In this document: positions 11,386 to 23,660 of the stretch, piece by piece
How the letters are laid out: each line of letters opens with the position of its first letter
Numbering within the stretch: the first letter of the stretch is position 1
Assembly: GCF_964213995.1 (NCBI RefSeq)
Contig: NW_027590185.1
Coordinates: forward strand, 186,001-250,000
Origin: Mustelus asterias
Taxonomy: Eukaryota
Direction of reading: 5' to 3'
DNA length: 64,000 nt
The notes under the pieces: model-generated
What the model was told of the DNA's origin: nothing
Database searches by the model: none
What the model saw: the letters and a program-made list of their open reading frames with translations, nothing else
Made by a program: the position numbers and the translations under genes

Positions 11386-11994
11386 GCCTCTCTCTTGAGT
11401 GGACAATTCGTTGAAACTTCGTCCACACACAGAACAAGATTACAGTCTCTACCCGCTGTGAATGGTGTGATATTTATTCAGACTGTGTAACTGGTTAAAG
11501 CTCTTTAGTCAGTGCATTGGAACACTCTCACTCGAGTGTGTCAGAGTGTCGATGCTTTTTCAGTCACACTGACATTTCAAATCTTTTCAAATCGACAGAC
11601 TGGACAATCATTTCTCCTTCTGGATTGAAAGTCCGATGATATTCAGCTCCCAAGGAATATGACTCTGTCACGTCTCGACGTGACGTTTGAGATTTCAGCC
11701 TGTGATTCCTCTTTCAATATCCTGGAAAATGAGTTTACAAAAGTCATCAGTGTCAGTACAGGATAGGAATTCAGAACAGACAATTTCTACGGAACATTCT
11801 TTCCTCTCTCATTCCCCAAAAGCTGTCAAACTCCATCCCACACACTCTCTCCCCATTCTCAGCAGGTCTGGCAGCATCTGTATGGAGAGAAAAGAACTGA
11901 TGTTTCAGAGCTTTGACAAAGGGTCATCTAGACAAGAAACATCATTTTCTCTCTTGGTTTCAGATTCCAGCATCCGCAGTAATTTGCTTTTATA

Positions 11995-13200
11995 AGGCTG
12001 CAGATACCTCCTCCCAAGTAACATGCGTGTGCCCAAGACATCATCACTTGTTTCCCTTATTTCTTTAGCACCCATGGTGCTCTCCGCAGAAAACACAGAG
12101 GAGAAGTATTCATTAAAAATCTCACCCATCTCCTGTGGCTCCACACACAGATGGCCATACTGATTTTTAAGGGGATCTATTCTCTCTCTGTCCACCCTTT
12201 TACTCTTAATATAGCTATAGAACCTCTTGGAATTTTCTTTAATCTTACCTGCCAGATCCATATCATACCCTCTTTCTGTCCTCCTGATTTCCCTCCTCAG
12301 TATTTTCTTACACTTTTTACAGTCAGAGTAATTCACTTGTCCCCGATTGCCTAAACCCAATCTATGCTTCCTTCTTTTACCTGACCAGAGCCTCAATGTC
12401 CCTTGTCTGCCAGAGATCCCTAAATTTACCATTCTTTCCCTTCATCTTAACAGGAATATACTGCCCCTGGACTCTTGATATCACACTTTCAAAACCTCCC
12501 AATTGCCAGTCATTCCTTTCCCTTCAAACAAATTCACCTAATCGACATCTGCTCGATCCTGCCTAATGCCCACAAAAGTGGCCCTGCTCCAGTTTAGGGC
12601 CTTGACTTGTGGACCTGTCCTATCTTTTTCCAGAACTATTTTGAAACTATTGGTGCTCCCAATAGTGCTCCCTGACTGACACTTCAGTCACTTGCTCCAC
12701 CTCATTTCTTAACTGTCTAATAGAAAGTGATTCCAGGAATTGATAATGAAAAATAAGGAGCTGGGAGATGAATTGAACAAGTATTTTGCCTCGGTGTTCA
12801 CAATAGAGGATAGAGTTAAAACTCAGAAACAGCTGGAAATCAGAAAACAGAAGTGTGGGATGAACTCTGAAAAAGCACAATTCCCAGGGAAGTGGTCCTC
12901 AGCAAACTGTTGGAGCTGTGGGCTGATGAGTCCTCAGGTCCTGCTGGGCTTCATTCTCGGGTCTTAACAGAGTGAGAGAGTTGATGTGTTGTTCAATTTT
13001 CTAAAATTCCCCATCGGGAATTGGATAAAGGGAAACCAGTGGATGCGCTGTACTTAGATTTCCAGAAGACATTTGATGAGGTGCCACATGAAAGGTTATT
13101 GCAGCAAATAAAAATTCATGCTGCGGGGAGAACATATTGGCGTGGATAGAAGATTGGCTCATAGCAAACAGTGGGCAGAAATGGATCATTTTCTGGGGTT
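11995..13200. mobile_element. Degraded CR1 ORF2 fragments (- strand to ~12720, then + strand)
   Basis: REIRRTERGY..LAGKIKENSKRFYSYIKSKR (-); ELNKYFASVFT and a YLDFQK.FD.VPH-like segment (+). Confidence 0.75.
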
Positions 13201-13249
13201 TAAGAGAGAGAGAAACCTGGACCAACCTTTCCAGAGTCTGCACCCTCCC

Positions 13250-13930
13250 TGGATTCACTTCCTTTCCCTTCAGTTGCTGCAAGTCCCCAGTTTCCCCCCA
13301 GAATGAGAAAAGAAATGGAAAGGGGGAGAAAAGAAAGTGTTTTACTCACAGATGTTTGAGATAGGAGGAAGTTTGAGTCTGTCTGAAAATCAATCTTCAT
13401 TCACACAAAGCCCGCGCTCTGATTGGCTGGAAGACCAGAGTCCTTCCGGTCCTCCAACTCTTCCCATTGGTCAACACCTCAGCATGAAGATCAGAGGGTG
13501 GGTTCTCCCCCGCACATGCGCAGCTTCCCCTCTCCCTCGCACATTTTGCAGTCCCGGGCCGGGGGGAGGGGGAGATCACCGAGCGGCTTCTTGCTCTTGC
13601 CGGAGCCGTCAGCCGGTTGCCTGGAAACCTTGGTTCAAGGAGATGTAGGGGAGGGGAACAATGGGTGGGGGCGGGGCTCCTGGGTCCGCGCGCCCGGGCC
13701 TGAGCACTGGAACCCGGAGACGTCACCGCGAAGCAGAGTGATTCCTATTGGCTGATTCAGGCAGGACTCTATTGTGACGTCACAATGCGGAAGTTGTCCA
13801 ATGAGCTTCAGAGTGAAACTCCCTCCTCTGGACAACATCTGGGAGGAAATCAATGTTTCCCCCTTTCCATTTCTTTTCTCATTCTGGGGGAAGTTGGGGA
13901 CTTGCAGCAACTGAAGGAAATGAAGTGAAT
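13250..13930. promoter_or_regulatory. CpG promoter cassette flanked by inverted arms; exon 1 of ZNF-B on - strand
   Basis: CCAAT boxes, GC box at ~13667, perfect palindrome ATTGTGACGTCACAAT (CRE) at 13771-13786, CGGAAG; donor GTGAGT (-) at 13349-13344; paralog at 37.3-38.1 kb. Confidence 0.7.
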
Positions 13931-14056
13931 TCGGTCTGTATATTCCACACATTTTTACTCCAGTAATGCAGACATTTATCTGTCTGGCAGCCTGCATGGA
14001 AATTTTCAGCTCTCTGCATCCAGAGCAAGAAGCAGTGAGCATGGATCTGTCAATCA

Positions 14057-14433
14057 CACATGAGGACGGCCTCAACCGGGATCTTGGGTTCATATCACAC
14101 TATCTGTAACCCCCACGACTTGCCTGGGCTTGCAAAATCTCACTAACTGTCCTGGCTGGAGACAATACACATCTCTTTAACCTGTGCTTAACCCTCTCTC
14201 CACTCACATTGTCTGTACCTTTAAGACTTGATTACGTTTAAAGACTCGTATTCCAACCATAATCTTAAATTGAGTTTGTGTCTTTATATGCCCTGTTTGT
14301 GAACAGAACTCCCACTCACCTGATGAAGGGGCAGCGCTCTGAAAGCTTGTGGCTTGTGCTACCAAATAAACCTGTTGGATTTTAACCTGGTGTTGTGAGA
14401 TTACTTACTGTGCTTACCCCAGTCCAACGCCGG
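14057..14433 (+). mobile_element. Penelope-like 3' fragment with hammerhead core
   Basis: HEDGLNRDLGF.SHYL C-terminus; CTGATGA-aggggc-agc-gctct-GAAAGCTT at ~14320-14348; terminal repeat. Confidence 0.8.
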
Positions 14434-14435
14434 CA

Positions 14436-14592
14436 GATCTTTGGACTGTGGAAGGAAAACCGGAACATCCGGAGGAAACCCACACAGACACGGGGAGAAT
14501 GTAGAAACTCTGCACAGACAGTGACCCGAGGCTGGAATTGAACCCGGGTCCCTGGCGCTGTTAGGCAGCTGCACTAACCACTGTGCCACCGG
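14436..14592 (-). mobile_element. HE1/V-SINE head fragment
   Basis: Reverse complement of tRNA-like head (ggtggcacagtggttag...gggttcaattcc) and V-domain. Confidence 0.75.
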
Positions 14593-14779
14593 GTCACATG
14601 TCAGTGCCATCGCCCGACTCCAGCCCAGTCTCAGCTCATCTGGAACCCTCACCCATTCCATTGTGACGTCACACTCTCACCCATTCCATTGTGATGTCAC
14701 ACCCTCACCCATTCCATTGTGACGTCAGGGCTTCACTCTCCGATCACAATCCCTGCCGGCCTCCCACATGCAGCCTCAA

Positions 14780-15300
14780 TGGCGGCAGTCAGCCCGGGTC
14801 TAACACTACAAGCTGTCGCTCCATTTGCTACAAAGGGGGTGACCGGGAAGTTCATTTCCGGGTTTGGGTTTGAACAACATGTTTACAAAGTCTCTCCACC
14901 CACCCGCCACATTTATCATTCCCCGCACGCCGCCCACTACCTCGTATTGATCTCCCTTCCAAACTAAAACCGGCCGTCTGTCGCCATTACCCGCACTGAT
15001 GTGGAGATGCCGGCGTTGGACTGGGGTAAACACAGCAACAAGTCAAACAACACCAGGTTAAAGTCCAACAGGTTTTTCTGGTTCACCCGCACTGCGCATG
15101 CTTCAGGTCCCGCCTCTCATTCACTCCGATTGGTTGAAGGACCAGCCACTCCCGCTCGGTCCTCCAGTCCCGCCCCCTCTTCCTATTGGTCCGGAGCTGC
15201 CGTCAATCAATCCCGGGCATTGTGATGTGGAGCATGCGCACTGTCATTGCTGTCCTTGGCGCTTGTTTGTCCCGGAGAAGCGGAGTCAGCGTTAGGCGGT
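14780..15300 (+). promoter_or_regulatory. CpG-rich promoter of ZNF-C
   Basis: TGCGCATGC and GCATGCGCA (NRF1-like), GATTGG (CCAAT), CCCGCCCC GC boxes; inverted copy at 63.0-63.24 kb. Confidence 0.65.
14999..15084 (-). mobile_element. 86-bp Penelope-like terminal insertion with 10-bp TSD
   Basis: TSD ACCCGCACTG at 14989-14998 and 15085-15094; insertion absent from the paralogous site at ~63215. Confidence 0.85.
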
Positions 15301-16241
15301 GGCTGGGAGGATTTGGAAACACTTTGTGGATCCGCAAACCCTTCAGAATCATTGTCAGCTCCCTGGTTTGCAGCTGCGGGGCTTCTCCCTCCCTCCCTCC
15401 CTCCCTCCCTCCCGGGAACAGGCCCAGGTTAACGGCCCCATCCTGGCTCAGCCACTGGAGGATGGTTGACATCAGAGGATGGGGGAGGGGGACAATAAAT
15501 AAGAGGTTACACTTTGGCCTCAAATCAATGAGGACTCTGATCTCTGGGAAGGAAGGAAACCCTGGGAGGTGGGCGGGGAGGATTCACAAACACCCGCTGG
15601 AGGCCCCAACACCACCAATAAGACCCATTCGTTTTATTGTCAGTCTGCAGACAGGAGCTGGAGAACTGAACCCAGACAGAGGAGAGGGAGGGAGAAAACT
15701 GGGAGTGGAGGAAAGAAATGGTGAGATGGGTTTGGATTTCAGCCCAGGGAGGAGGGAGAGTGTGTGGGACGGGGATTTACTGATTTGGGGGAACAAGAAA
15801 GGAAAAAATGTTCCAGAGAAACTAGAATTGTCTGTTCAGAGTTTGTATCGTGTTCTGACAGTGATGACTTTTCTAAACTGTTTTTACAGGATATTGGAAG
15901 TGAAAGATTGGCAGACAGAAAACTCAAACCGGACATCACATCTGACAAAGTCATTCAGTTCCTTCGGAGCTGAATATCATCGGTCTTTGAATGTGGAAGG
16001 AGAAATATTTGTCTGTTCTGCCTGTGGGCAAAGAAATTAAACATCAGTATGACCGGAAAAGTATCGAGACAAACACACACCCGAGTGAGAGTGTTCCAGT
16101 GAACTGAATGTGGAAAGAGCTTTAACCAGTTACACAGCCTGAAAAAACATCACAGTTCACAGCAGGGTGAAACTACGTGTATGTTGTGTGTGTGGATGTG
16201 GCTTGAACTGATCATCCAACCTGGAGAAACACAAGGGCACC

Positions 16242-17408
16242 ATGGAGAAACCGTGGAAATGTGTGGAGTGCGGGAAAGGATTCGGTTTCCCATCACAACT
16301 GGAAGTTCATCGGCGCAGTCACACTGGGGAGAGACCGTTCACCTGCTCTGTTTGTGGGAAGGGATTCACCCATTCATACAACCTTCTGACTCACCGACGG
16401 GTTCACACTGGGGAGAGGCCGTTCACCTGCCCTGTGTGTGGGAAGGGATTCACTCGCTCATCCCACATTGTGACACACCAACTTGTTCACACAGATGAGA
16501 GAATGTTTACATGTTCTGACTGTGAGAAGAGTTTTAAATGCAAAAAAGATCTGCTGACGCACCAACGTATTCACACTGGGGAGAGACCATTCACCTGCTC
16601 TGTGTGTGGGAAAGGATTCATTCAGTCATCCCACCTGCAGACACATCAACTTGTTCACTCTGATAACAAACTTTTTAATTGTTCCCACTGTGCGAAGAGC
16701 TTTAAAAACAAAAAGGATCTGCTGACGCACCAATATACTCACACTGGGGAGAGGCCATTCACCTGCTGTGTGTGTGGGAAGGGATTCAGCCGTCCACCTG
16801 CCCTATTGAACCACCAGAGAATTCACACTGGGGAGAGGCCCTTCACCTGCTCAGACTGTGGGAAGGGATTCATTAATTCATCCAACCTTCTGATACACCA
16901 GCAGCTCCACACAGGGGATCGACCGTTCACCTGCTCTGAATGTGGGAAGGGATTCACCCGTTCATACAACCTTCTGACACACCAGCAGGTTCACAGTGAG
17001 GAGAGGCCATTCACTTGCTCCGTGTGTGGGAAGGGATTCACTCGTTCATCCAACCTATTGAATCACCAGCGAGTTCACACTGGGGAGAGGCCGTTCACCT
17101 GCTCCATGTGTGGGAAGGGATTCAGTCAGTCATCCAACCTGCTGACACATCAGAGAGTTCACAGTGGGGAGAGGCCATTTACCTGCTCTGTTTGTGGGAA
17201 GGGATTTTCTCATTTATCTTATCTTCTGAACCACCAGCGAGTTCACAGTGGGGAGAGGCCGTTCACCTGTAATGTCTGTGGAAAGGGATTTATTCAGTCA
17301 TCCCACCTGCTAAGTAACACCGGCAAGTTCACAAACGACTGCAAGGTTTGGATTCTCCACTTATCGATGCTGTTAATCATATCCAGGTCTGAATCATGTT
17401 CTCTCTGA
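16242..17408 (+). CDS. C2H2 zinc-finger protein, 12 intact fingers plus a frameshifted 13th (ZNF-C)
   Basis: 388-aa ORF starting MEKPWKC; acceptor tttttacag|g with exon starting at 15890; last finger reads into a non-ZNF tail. Confidence 0.9.
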   Translation: MEKPWKCVECGKGFGFPSQLEVHRRSHTGERPFTCSVCGKGFTHSYNLLTHRRVHTGERPFTCPVCGKGFTRSSHIVTHQLVHTDERMFTCSDCEKSFKCKKDLLTHQRIHTGERPFTCSVCGKGFIQSSHLQTHQLVHSDNKLFNCSHCAKSFKNKKDLLTHQYTHTGERPFTCCVCGKGFSRPPALLNHQRIHTGERPFTCSDCGKGFINSSNLLIHQQLHTGDRPFTCSECGKGFTRSYNLLTHQQVHSEERPFTCSVCGKGFTRSSNLLNHQRVHTGERPFTCSMCGKGFSQSSNLLTHQRVHSGERPFTCSVCGKGFSHLSYLLNHQRVHSGERPFTCNVCGKGFIQSSHLLSNTGKFTNDCKVWILHLSMLLIISRSESCSL

Positions 17409-18299
17409 CTTTTTTCTTCTGTTGAGGTTTAATATTCTGAATAAATGTGAAATAGACATTTGATTGAATCATTGTTGTAGATTTTTGTCTTTTCCATTTG
17501 AGTGTTTAACGTCACCAGGCTGGAGCTCAGAAAGGGCAATCTGAGGGAGGATCACACAGTCGGAACAGAACTTCATTCTTGACCCAGTCCTTCAGGGTCT
17601 CGCTGAGAGGGACAAACAGCACTTTGGTCTTTTTCGTCACTTTTCACTGACAGCAAAGTCCCCGTGTGGGTGAATCCTGAGGAGTGTAAGAAATGTGTCC
17701 CAGTCGTTCTTTTCCATGGTTCAGAGCTCCTAGACACGGAAAAGAAGCTCCTTTACAACTGTGTTTAGAGTCAGGAAGAACAATGGTGAATGCTGGAAAC
17801 GTGCTGTCAAAGATTGGTGTAAAACTGGGATCTATTCCTGACTGAGAGTGAAACGGCAGGTTTAGGTTTCCAGACTTAGAATGAAAAAAAGTCTGAAACA
17901 TTTTAATGTGTGTGTGTCAGTCCTGGTTTATTGAACAGAAACTGGCGTCAAATAAATTGGTTGAAGTCTGCATTAAAGTAGCAGCTGGAGACGTTCAAAG
18001 GAGCCTGTTAACTGCTGGGACAATGAGACAACAATTTGATTCCCAGATAGAGAAGGAGCTGCAGTGTGTGTCCAAGAATTCTCAGTTTTGTTGTGTGCTT
18101 CCCATACACTATCCTTCTAAATAAACCTCACTCCTATCAGCCTTTAACCATTATAAACAGAACAGAGAGAAGCTGAGCAGCATCAGAGCCCTGACTGACC
18201 ATTTAAGAATGAGTGATGTGTTCAGCTGAAGTTTCCTGTTGGTAGTTTTCTGGGTGATCTCCTTATTTTGATCATTCTCAGTGACCCCTGGGTGTGAAC

Positions 18300-18850
18300 C
18301 TGCTCTCCTCTCTTTCAGACATTCACTCACTTAACATCTCCTCTCTCTCAGAAACTCAATCACTCAACATCTCCTCTCTCTCAGAAACTCAATCGCTCAA
18401 CATCTCTCATCTCTCTCACACTCACTGAACGTCTCTCTCTCTCTCCAGGCATTCACTCACACTTACCTCACCTTCCACCTCTCTTACACTCTAACCTCGC
18501 TCCTCTCTCATTTTCACTTAACCTCTCTCCTCTCAGAAACTGTCTTCGTCACTTAATGTCTCTCTATCTTTCTTTCAAACACTCACTCATTTCACCTTCC
18601 TATTTCAGATAATGCTTAAACTTGTTCATTGTTTTCTCTCTCTCATTACCTCTCTCTGAAAAAGCACAAACACACTTCATCTCTCTTCGCTGTCTGAGAA
18701 AACATGTAATTGATGGAGATTCAATCCTCTGTGTTTCTCTCTCCCACTTCCTCTGACAGGCCCTGACTCACTTTAAATCTCCTCTTTTCTAATAACCCTC
18801 TTTGGGAAAACTCATTTGTTCTCTAATTCCTCCTCATTTCTCCCAGTGAT
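18300..18850. repeat. CT-rich low-complexity region
   Basis: Degenerate cactcaacatctcctctctctcaga units. Confidence 0.6.
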
Positions 18851-19306
18851 GACCCTCAGTCCATCTCCCAATTCAGTGAATGTGTTAAAAGTCCAAATAA
18901 TCTCCTTTATTGTTTAAAATGGGAATGGAGATGAATGTAATGCTGAGACCAGCAGCAATCTGTGTGGTTGTTCTTGATGCTGCCAGAGTGAGTTCACCCT
19001 CACAGACAGGAAGACTGTTCACGGTGATAACATCAAACTGACACCGGCTGTTTCATTCTCAGGTAACACAACTTCCTGTTTCTCTGCTGCCGGTTCAAAA
19101 ACGCACATCTCATTTCTGAGCAGAAAATAAATCCAGGGACCACAATCTGGTGAGAACATCTGTCAATGCGGCCTATATCTGTCCACAGAGTCAGGGCAGA
19201 GTCACACAGATCACATTGTGGTGACATTTACAAATGAGCCAGTTATTTCTGTTCAGAGTTTCCATTCGCAGATATAACCAGCTGTGTCTGTGGATCAGTT
19301 ACTGAA

Positions 19307-19641
19307 TCATAGAAACTCTGCAGTGCAGAAAGAGGCCATTCGGCCCATCGAGTCTGACCACAATCCCACCCAGGCCCTACCCCCATATCCCTACATATAT
19401 TTACCCGCTAATCCCTCTAACCTACACATCTCAGAACACTAAGCGGCAATTTTAGCATGGCCAATCAGCCTTACCCACACATCTTTGGACTGTGGGAGGA
19501 AACCGGAGCACCCGAGGAAACCCACGCAGACACGAGGAGAATGTGCAAACTCCACACAGACAGTGACCCGAGCTGGGAATCGAGCCCAGGTCCCTGGAGC
19601 TGTGAAGCAGCGCTGCTAACCACTGTGCTACCGTGCCGCCC
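19307..19641 (-). mobile_element. HE1-type V-SINE, full length
   Basis: tRNA-derived head with A/B boxes, V-domain ctccggtttcctcccacagtccaaag, CR1-like tail ending tttctatgat. Confidence 0.9.
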
Positions 19642-19874
19642 ACTGAGTTCCCTCTGCTCTGATGTGGAGATGCCGACTCTGCTCCCCATAGCTGGGAACT
19701 GATAGCCTGCTCCCTTATATTCTAGATCATTCTCTCTGTATTGCTTGTTTCCTCTGTTTCTCAGCTTTTATCTTTGACCGTCTCATCTTTCTGCTTTTTA
19801 AAATCTTTCTCAATTTTTCTCTCAGTCTTTCTGTCTCTCCCTCTGTACCTCTCTCAGGCTCTGTGTGTTCCTAT

Positions 19875-20400
19875 TTGATCAAGATGTTCAAAATCATGAA
19901 GAGTTTCTGATTGATTATAGAAGGAAAAACAGGGAGAAAAGCAGAAAAACCCGGCAGGTCCGGCGGCATCTGTTCAGAGAGTTAACATTTTGAGTCCGTA
20001 TAATTCTTCAGGGCAGGAAAAACATGGGTTATCCACCTGAGATGAGGGAATGTGATGGGGAGATTTAATAGAGGTGTTTAAAATGACAAATGATTTATGA
20101 TAGTGTCAATGGAGAGAAATTATCTCCCAGGAGTAGGAGGGTTTGTCGATGGAGAGAATCGATTTCCTCGGTGCAGGAGGGTCTGTAAGCAGAGGACACA
20201 GAGATTTAATTTAATTGACAATGGAACTGGAGGGGGTGATGAGGAGAATGTTTTACACAATAACTTGATATGATCTGGAATGCACAAACTGACAGGTGCT
20301 CGAAGCAGGTTTAATAGTAACTTTCAAAGGGAATTGGATAAATACTTGCAGAAGGTAAATTGGCAGAGTTATGGTCAATGGGATTAATTGGACAGTTCAC
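19875..20400 (+). mobile_element. Degraded CR1 3' fragments
   Basis: Decayed RGDLIEVFKM...WNA..FKGELDKYL-like sequence. Confidence 0.5.
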
Positions 20401-20947
20401 TCATCTTTGTGACATTCTGAATGTTTCTCTCCTAAGGATTTAATATTTGATCTTTTCGGTTATAATGTGTCTCAAACAGAAGATTAAACTATTGTGTTTG
20501 ATGAGCTGTCAGATCTCTTTCCTGTGTGTCTGTGTAACTTGAGAACTGGAGATAACCATGAGGAGGAACTGATTATTTTCAGTTCCTCTAACAGATTCCC
20601 CTCAGATATCAGAAATCCCTGGAGCTCCCCATGTCCTCATTATTCTCGCCTCGACTATAACAGCTCTCAGTCAGGCCGAGTCAGTCACATGTGTCTCTGT
20701 CATGATGTTTCCACTTGTATTTTATCACTCACTTCCCAGTGACACTCACCATAACACAGACACCTTAAAATATCATTGCTCCCTTACACTTTGTCCTCCT
20801 ATTATAATCAAATGTTTGTTGGGCCTCTTGTCTCCCTTAATGTCAGATTACCTGCAGTTAAAATGACCTCAGAGACACTGAAACCGACCTTTGTGATTGT
20901 TATACCAGACTCCAATCAGCCCCAGGAGCTGCAGTTGTAAAATACAG

Positions 20948-21161
20948 TAAGAGTTTTAACAACACCAGGTTGAAGTCCAACAGGTTTATTTGGTAGCAAA
21001 TACCATTATCTTTCGGAGCGCTGCTCCTTCGTCAGCGCTCCGAAAGCTAATGGTATTTGCTACCAAATAAACCTGTTGGACTTTAACCTGGTGTTGTTAA
21101 AACTCTTATTGTGTTCACCCCAGTCCAACGCCGGCATCTCCACATCATAACAACCATCGAC
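20948..21161. mobile_element. Miniature palindromic Penelope-like insertion with 14-bp TSD
   Basis: TSD GTTGTAAAATACAG at 20934-20947 and 21162-21175; ~75-bp inverted arms; hammerhead core on - strand at ~21008-21035. Confidence 0.85.
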
Positions 21162-21416
21162 GTTGTAAAATACAGCAGAATTGGAAGAACAGACAGGTTA
21201 TTGTCTGATACTGACAGTGGCAGAGTAACACACACCGGAATCTAAATACATTATATCAATAGACCATGACTCACTCACACTATCAAATGAAACCTAAACT
21301 TTGGTTCTGGTGCACTAGATACTGACTGTATTATCATTACATTGGATCTAATGCTGTGTTCGCTAACATACTGCAACGTGACTTATTATTTGAACAAACA
21401 TTGTATTTGTTGCACT

Positions 21417-22503
21417 CAGAGTAAGTCAGTGCTTTGCTGTGTTGTCTCTGTGCTCCATCCCCACTCTGATTGTACTGGAGCCTGTGTGTCAGAGTAAGTC
21501 AGTGCTTTGCTGTGTTGTCTCTGTGCTCCATCCCCACTCTGATTGTATTAGAGCCTGTGTGTGTCATTGTTACACTCAGAGTAAGTCAGTGCTTTGCTGT
21601 GTTGTCTCTGTGCTCCATCCCCACTCTGATTGTATTGGAGCCTGTGTGTGTGTCATTGTTACACTCAGAGTAAGTCAGTGCTTTGCTGTGTTGTCTCTGT
21701 GCTCCATCCCCACTCTGATTGTATTAGAGCCTGTGTGTGTCAGAGTAAGTCAGTGCTTTGCTGTGTTGTCTCTGTGCTCCATCCCCACTCTGATTGTATT
21801 GGAGCCTGTGTGTGTCACTGTTACACTCAGAGTAAGTCAGTGCTTTGCTGTGTTGTCTCTGTGCTCCATCCCCACTCTGATTGTATTGGAGCCTGTGTGT
21901 GTGTCATTGTTACACTCAGAGTAAGTCAGTGCTTTGCTGTGTTGTCTCTGTGCTCCATCCCCACTCTGATTGTACTGGAGCCTGTGTGTGTCAGAGTAAG
22001 TCAGTGCTTTGCTGTGTTGTCTCTGTGCTCCATCCCCACTCTGATTGTATTGGAGTCTGTGTGTGTCATTGTTACACTCAGAGTAAGTCAGTGCTTTGCT
22101 GTGTTGTCTCTGTGCTCCATCCCCACTCTGATTGTATTGGAGCCTGTGTGTGTCATTGTTACACTCAGAGTAAGTCAGTGCTTTGCTGTGTTGTCTCTGT
22201 GCTCCATCCCCATTCTGATTGTACTGGAGCCTGTGTGTGTCAGAGTAAGTCAGTGCTTTGCTGTGTTGTCTCTGTGCTCCATCCCCACTCTGATTGTATT
22301 GGAGCCTGTGTGTGTCATTGTTACACTCAGAGTAAGTCAGTGCTTTGCTGTGTTGTCTCTGTGCTCCATCCCCACTCTGATTGTATTGGAGCCTGTGTGT
22401 GTCATTGTTACACTCAGAGTAAGTCAGTGCTTTGCTGTGTTGTCTCTGTGCTCCATCCCCACTCTGATTGTATTGGAGCCTGTGTGTGTCACTGTTACAC
22501 TGA
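21417..22503. repeat. Minisatellite, 13 units of 73-89 bp
   Basis: cagagtaagtcagtgctttgctgtgttgtctctgtgctccatccccactctgattgta.tggagcctgtgtgtgt(cattgttacact); the Cys/Val-rich ORFs here are repeat artefacts. Confidence 0.97.
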
Positions 22504-22525
22504 GACTCTGTCACTGTGATTATTG

Positions 22526-23218
22526 TAAAAAGTTTAACAACACCAGGTTAAAGTCCAACAGGTTTATTTGGTAGCAAAAGCCACACAAGCTTTCGAGGCT
22601 CTAAGCCCCTTCTTCAGGTGAGTGGGAATTCTGTTCACAAACAGAACTTATAAAGACACAGACTCAATTTACATGAATAATGGTTGGAATGCGAATACTT
22701 ACAACTAATCCAGTCTTTAAGAAACAAAACAATGGGAGTGGAGAGAGCATCAAGACAGGCTAAAAAGATGTGTATTGTCTCCAGACAAGACAGCCAGTGA
22801 AACTCTGCAGGTCCACGCAACTGTGGGGGTTATAGATAGTGTGACATGAACCCAATCTCCCGGTTGAGGCCGTCCTTGTGTGTGCGGAACTTGGCTATCA
22901 GTTTCTGCTCAGCGACTCTACGCTGTCGTGTGTCGCGAAGGCCGCCTTGGAGAACGCTTACCCGAATATTTTGTTTTGTTTCTTAAAGACTGGATTAGTT
23001 GTAAGTATTCGCATTCCAACCATTATTCATGTAAATTGAGTCTGTGTCTTTATAAGTTCTGTTTGTGAACAGAATTCCCACTCACCTGAAGAAGGGGCTT
23101 AGAGCCTCGAAAGCTTGTGTGACTTTTGCTACCAAATAAACCTGTTGGACTTTAACCTGGTGTTGTTAAACTTCTTACTGTGTTTACCCCAGTCCAACGC
23201 CGGCATCTCCACATCATG
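22526..23218. mobile_element. Penelope-like insertion with inverted 3' ends, two hammerhead cores and 13-bp TSD
   Basis: TSD ACTGTGATTATTG at 22513-22525 and 23219-23231; arms ~22526-22730 and ~22972-23180 are reverse complements; CTGAAGA..GAAAGCTT at ~23086 (+) and ~22617 (-). Confidence 0.88.
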
Positions 23219-23231
23219 ACTGTGATTATTG

Positions 23232-23660
23232 GACAAACAGCAAGTCACCGTCACAATGACCAGCTGATTGACGGCAGCGCGGGCCAATGGGAGGAGGGGG
23301 CAGTGCTGGAGGAACGTTCTGGAGCGGTCGGTCCTCCAACCAATAGGAGCGAACGAGGGGCGGGGCCAACTTTGACTCGAGCATGCGCAGTGTGAGTAAT
23401 GGCGATGGAAAACGTTTATTTTGGGCTCGGAAATCTGTTCGAGGTGATTGGCGGTACGGAGAGAGCAATGGATCGTCCAGGTGGGTGGAAACGCTGTGTA
23501 AGCATGTTGTGAGAGTCGCAAACCGCGGAAGAGAGCTTCCCGGACCCAGTTTGTACCGAGCAGGGCTGCAGTTCCTCATGTTCGTCCCGGGTTAACTTCG
23601 CCATCTTTAATGGGGGCAATATGCAGCAGTGCGCATGTGCGGCTGCCATGTTTGTAGAGG
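23232..23660 (+). promoter_or_regulatory. CpG-rich promoter and exon 1, probably of ZNF-D
   Basis: CCAAT at 23284 and 23340, GGGGCGGGG, GCATGCGCA (NRF1-like), CGCCATCTT (YY1-like) at ~23599. Confidence 0.65.

Noticed and set aside
10383-11426. Long alternative-frame ORFs over ZNF arrays (also 184-807, 33707-34339, 54346-54939)
   Set aside because: Shadow frames of a repetitive, codon-biased finger array, mostly without ATG starts; no independent evidence.
15186-16040. 284-aa ORF upstream of ZNF-C (and its copy 62674-63084)
   Set aside because: Non-ATG start; runs through a GC-rich promoter and intron across the acceptor; no domain; similarity is due to recent duplication.
21439-22574. Cys-rich 161-314 aa ORFs
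   Set aside because: Translations of the minisatellite.
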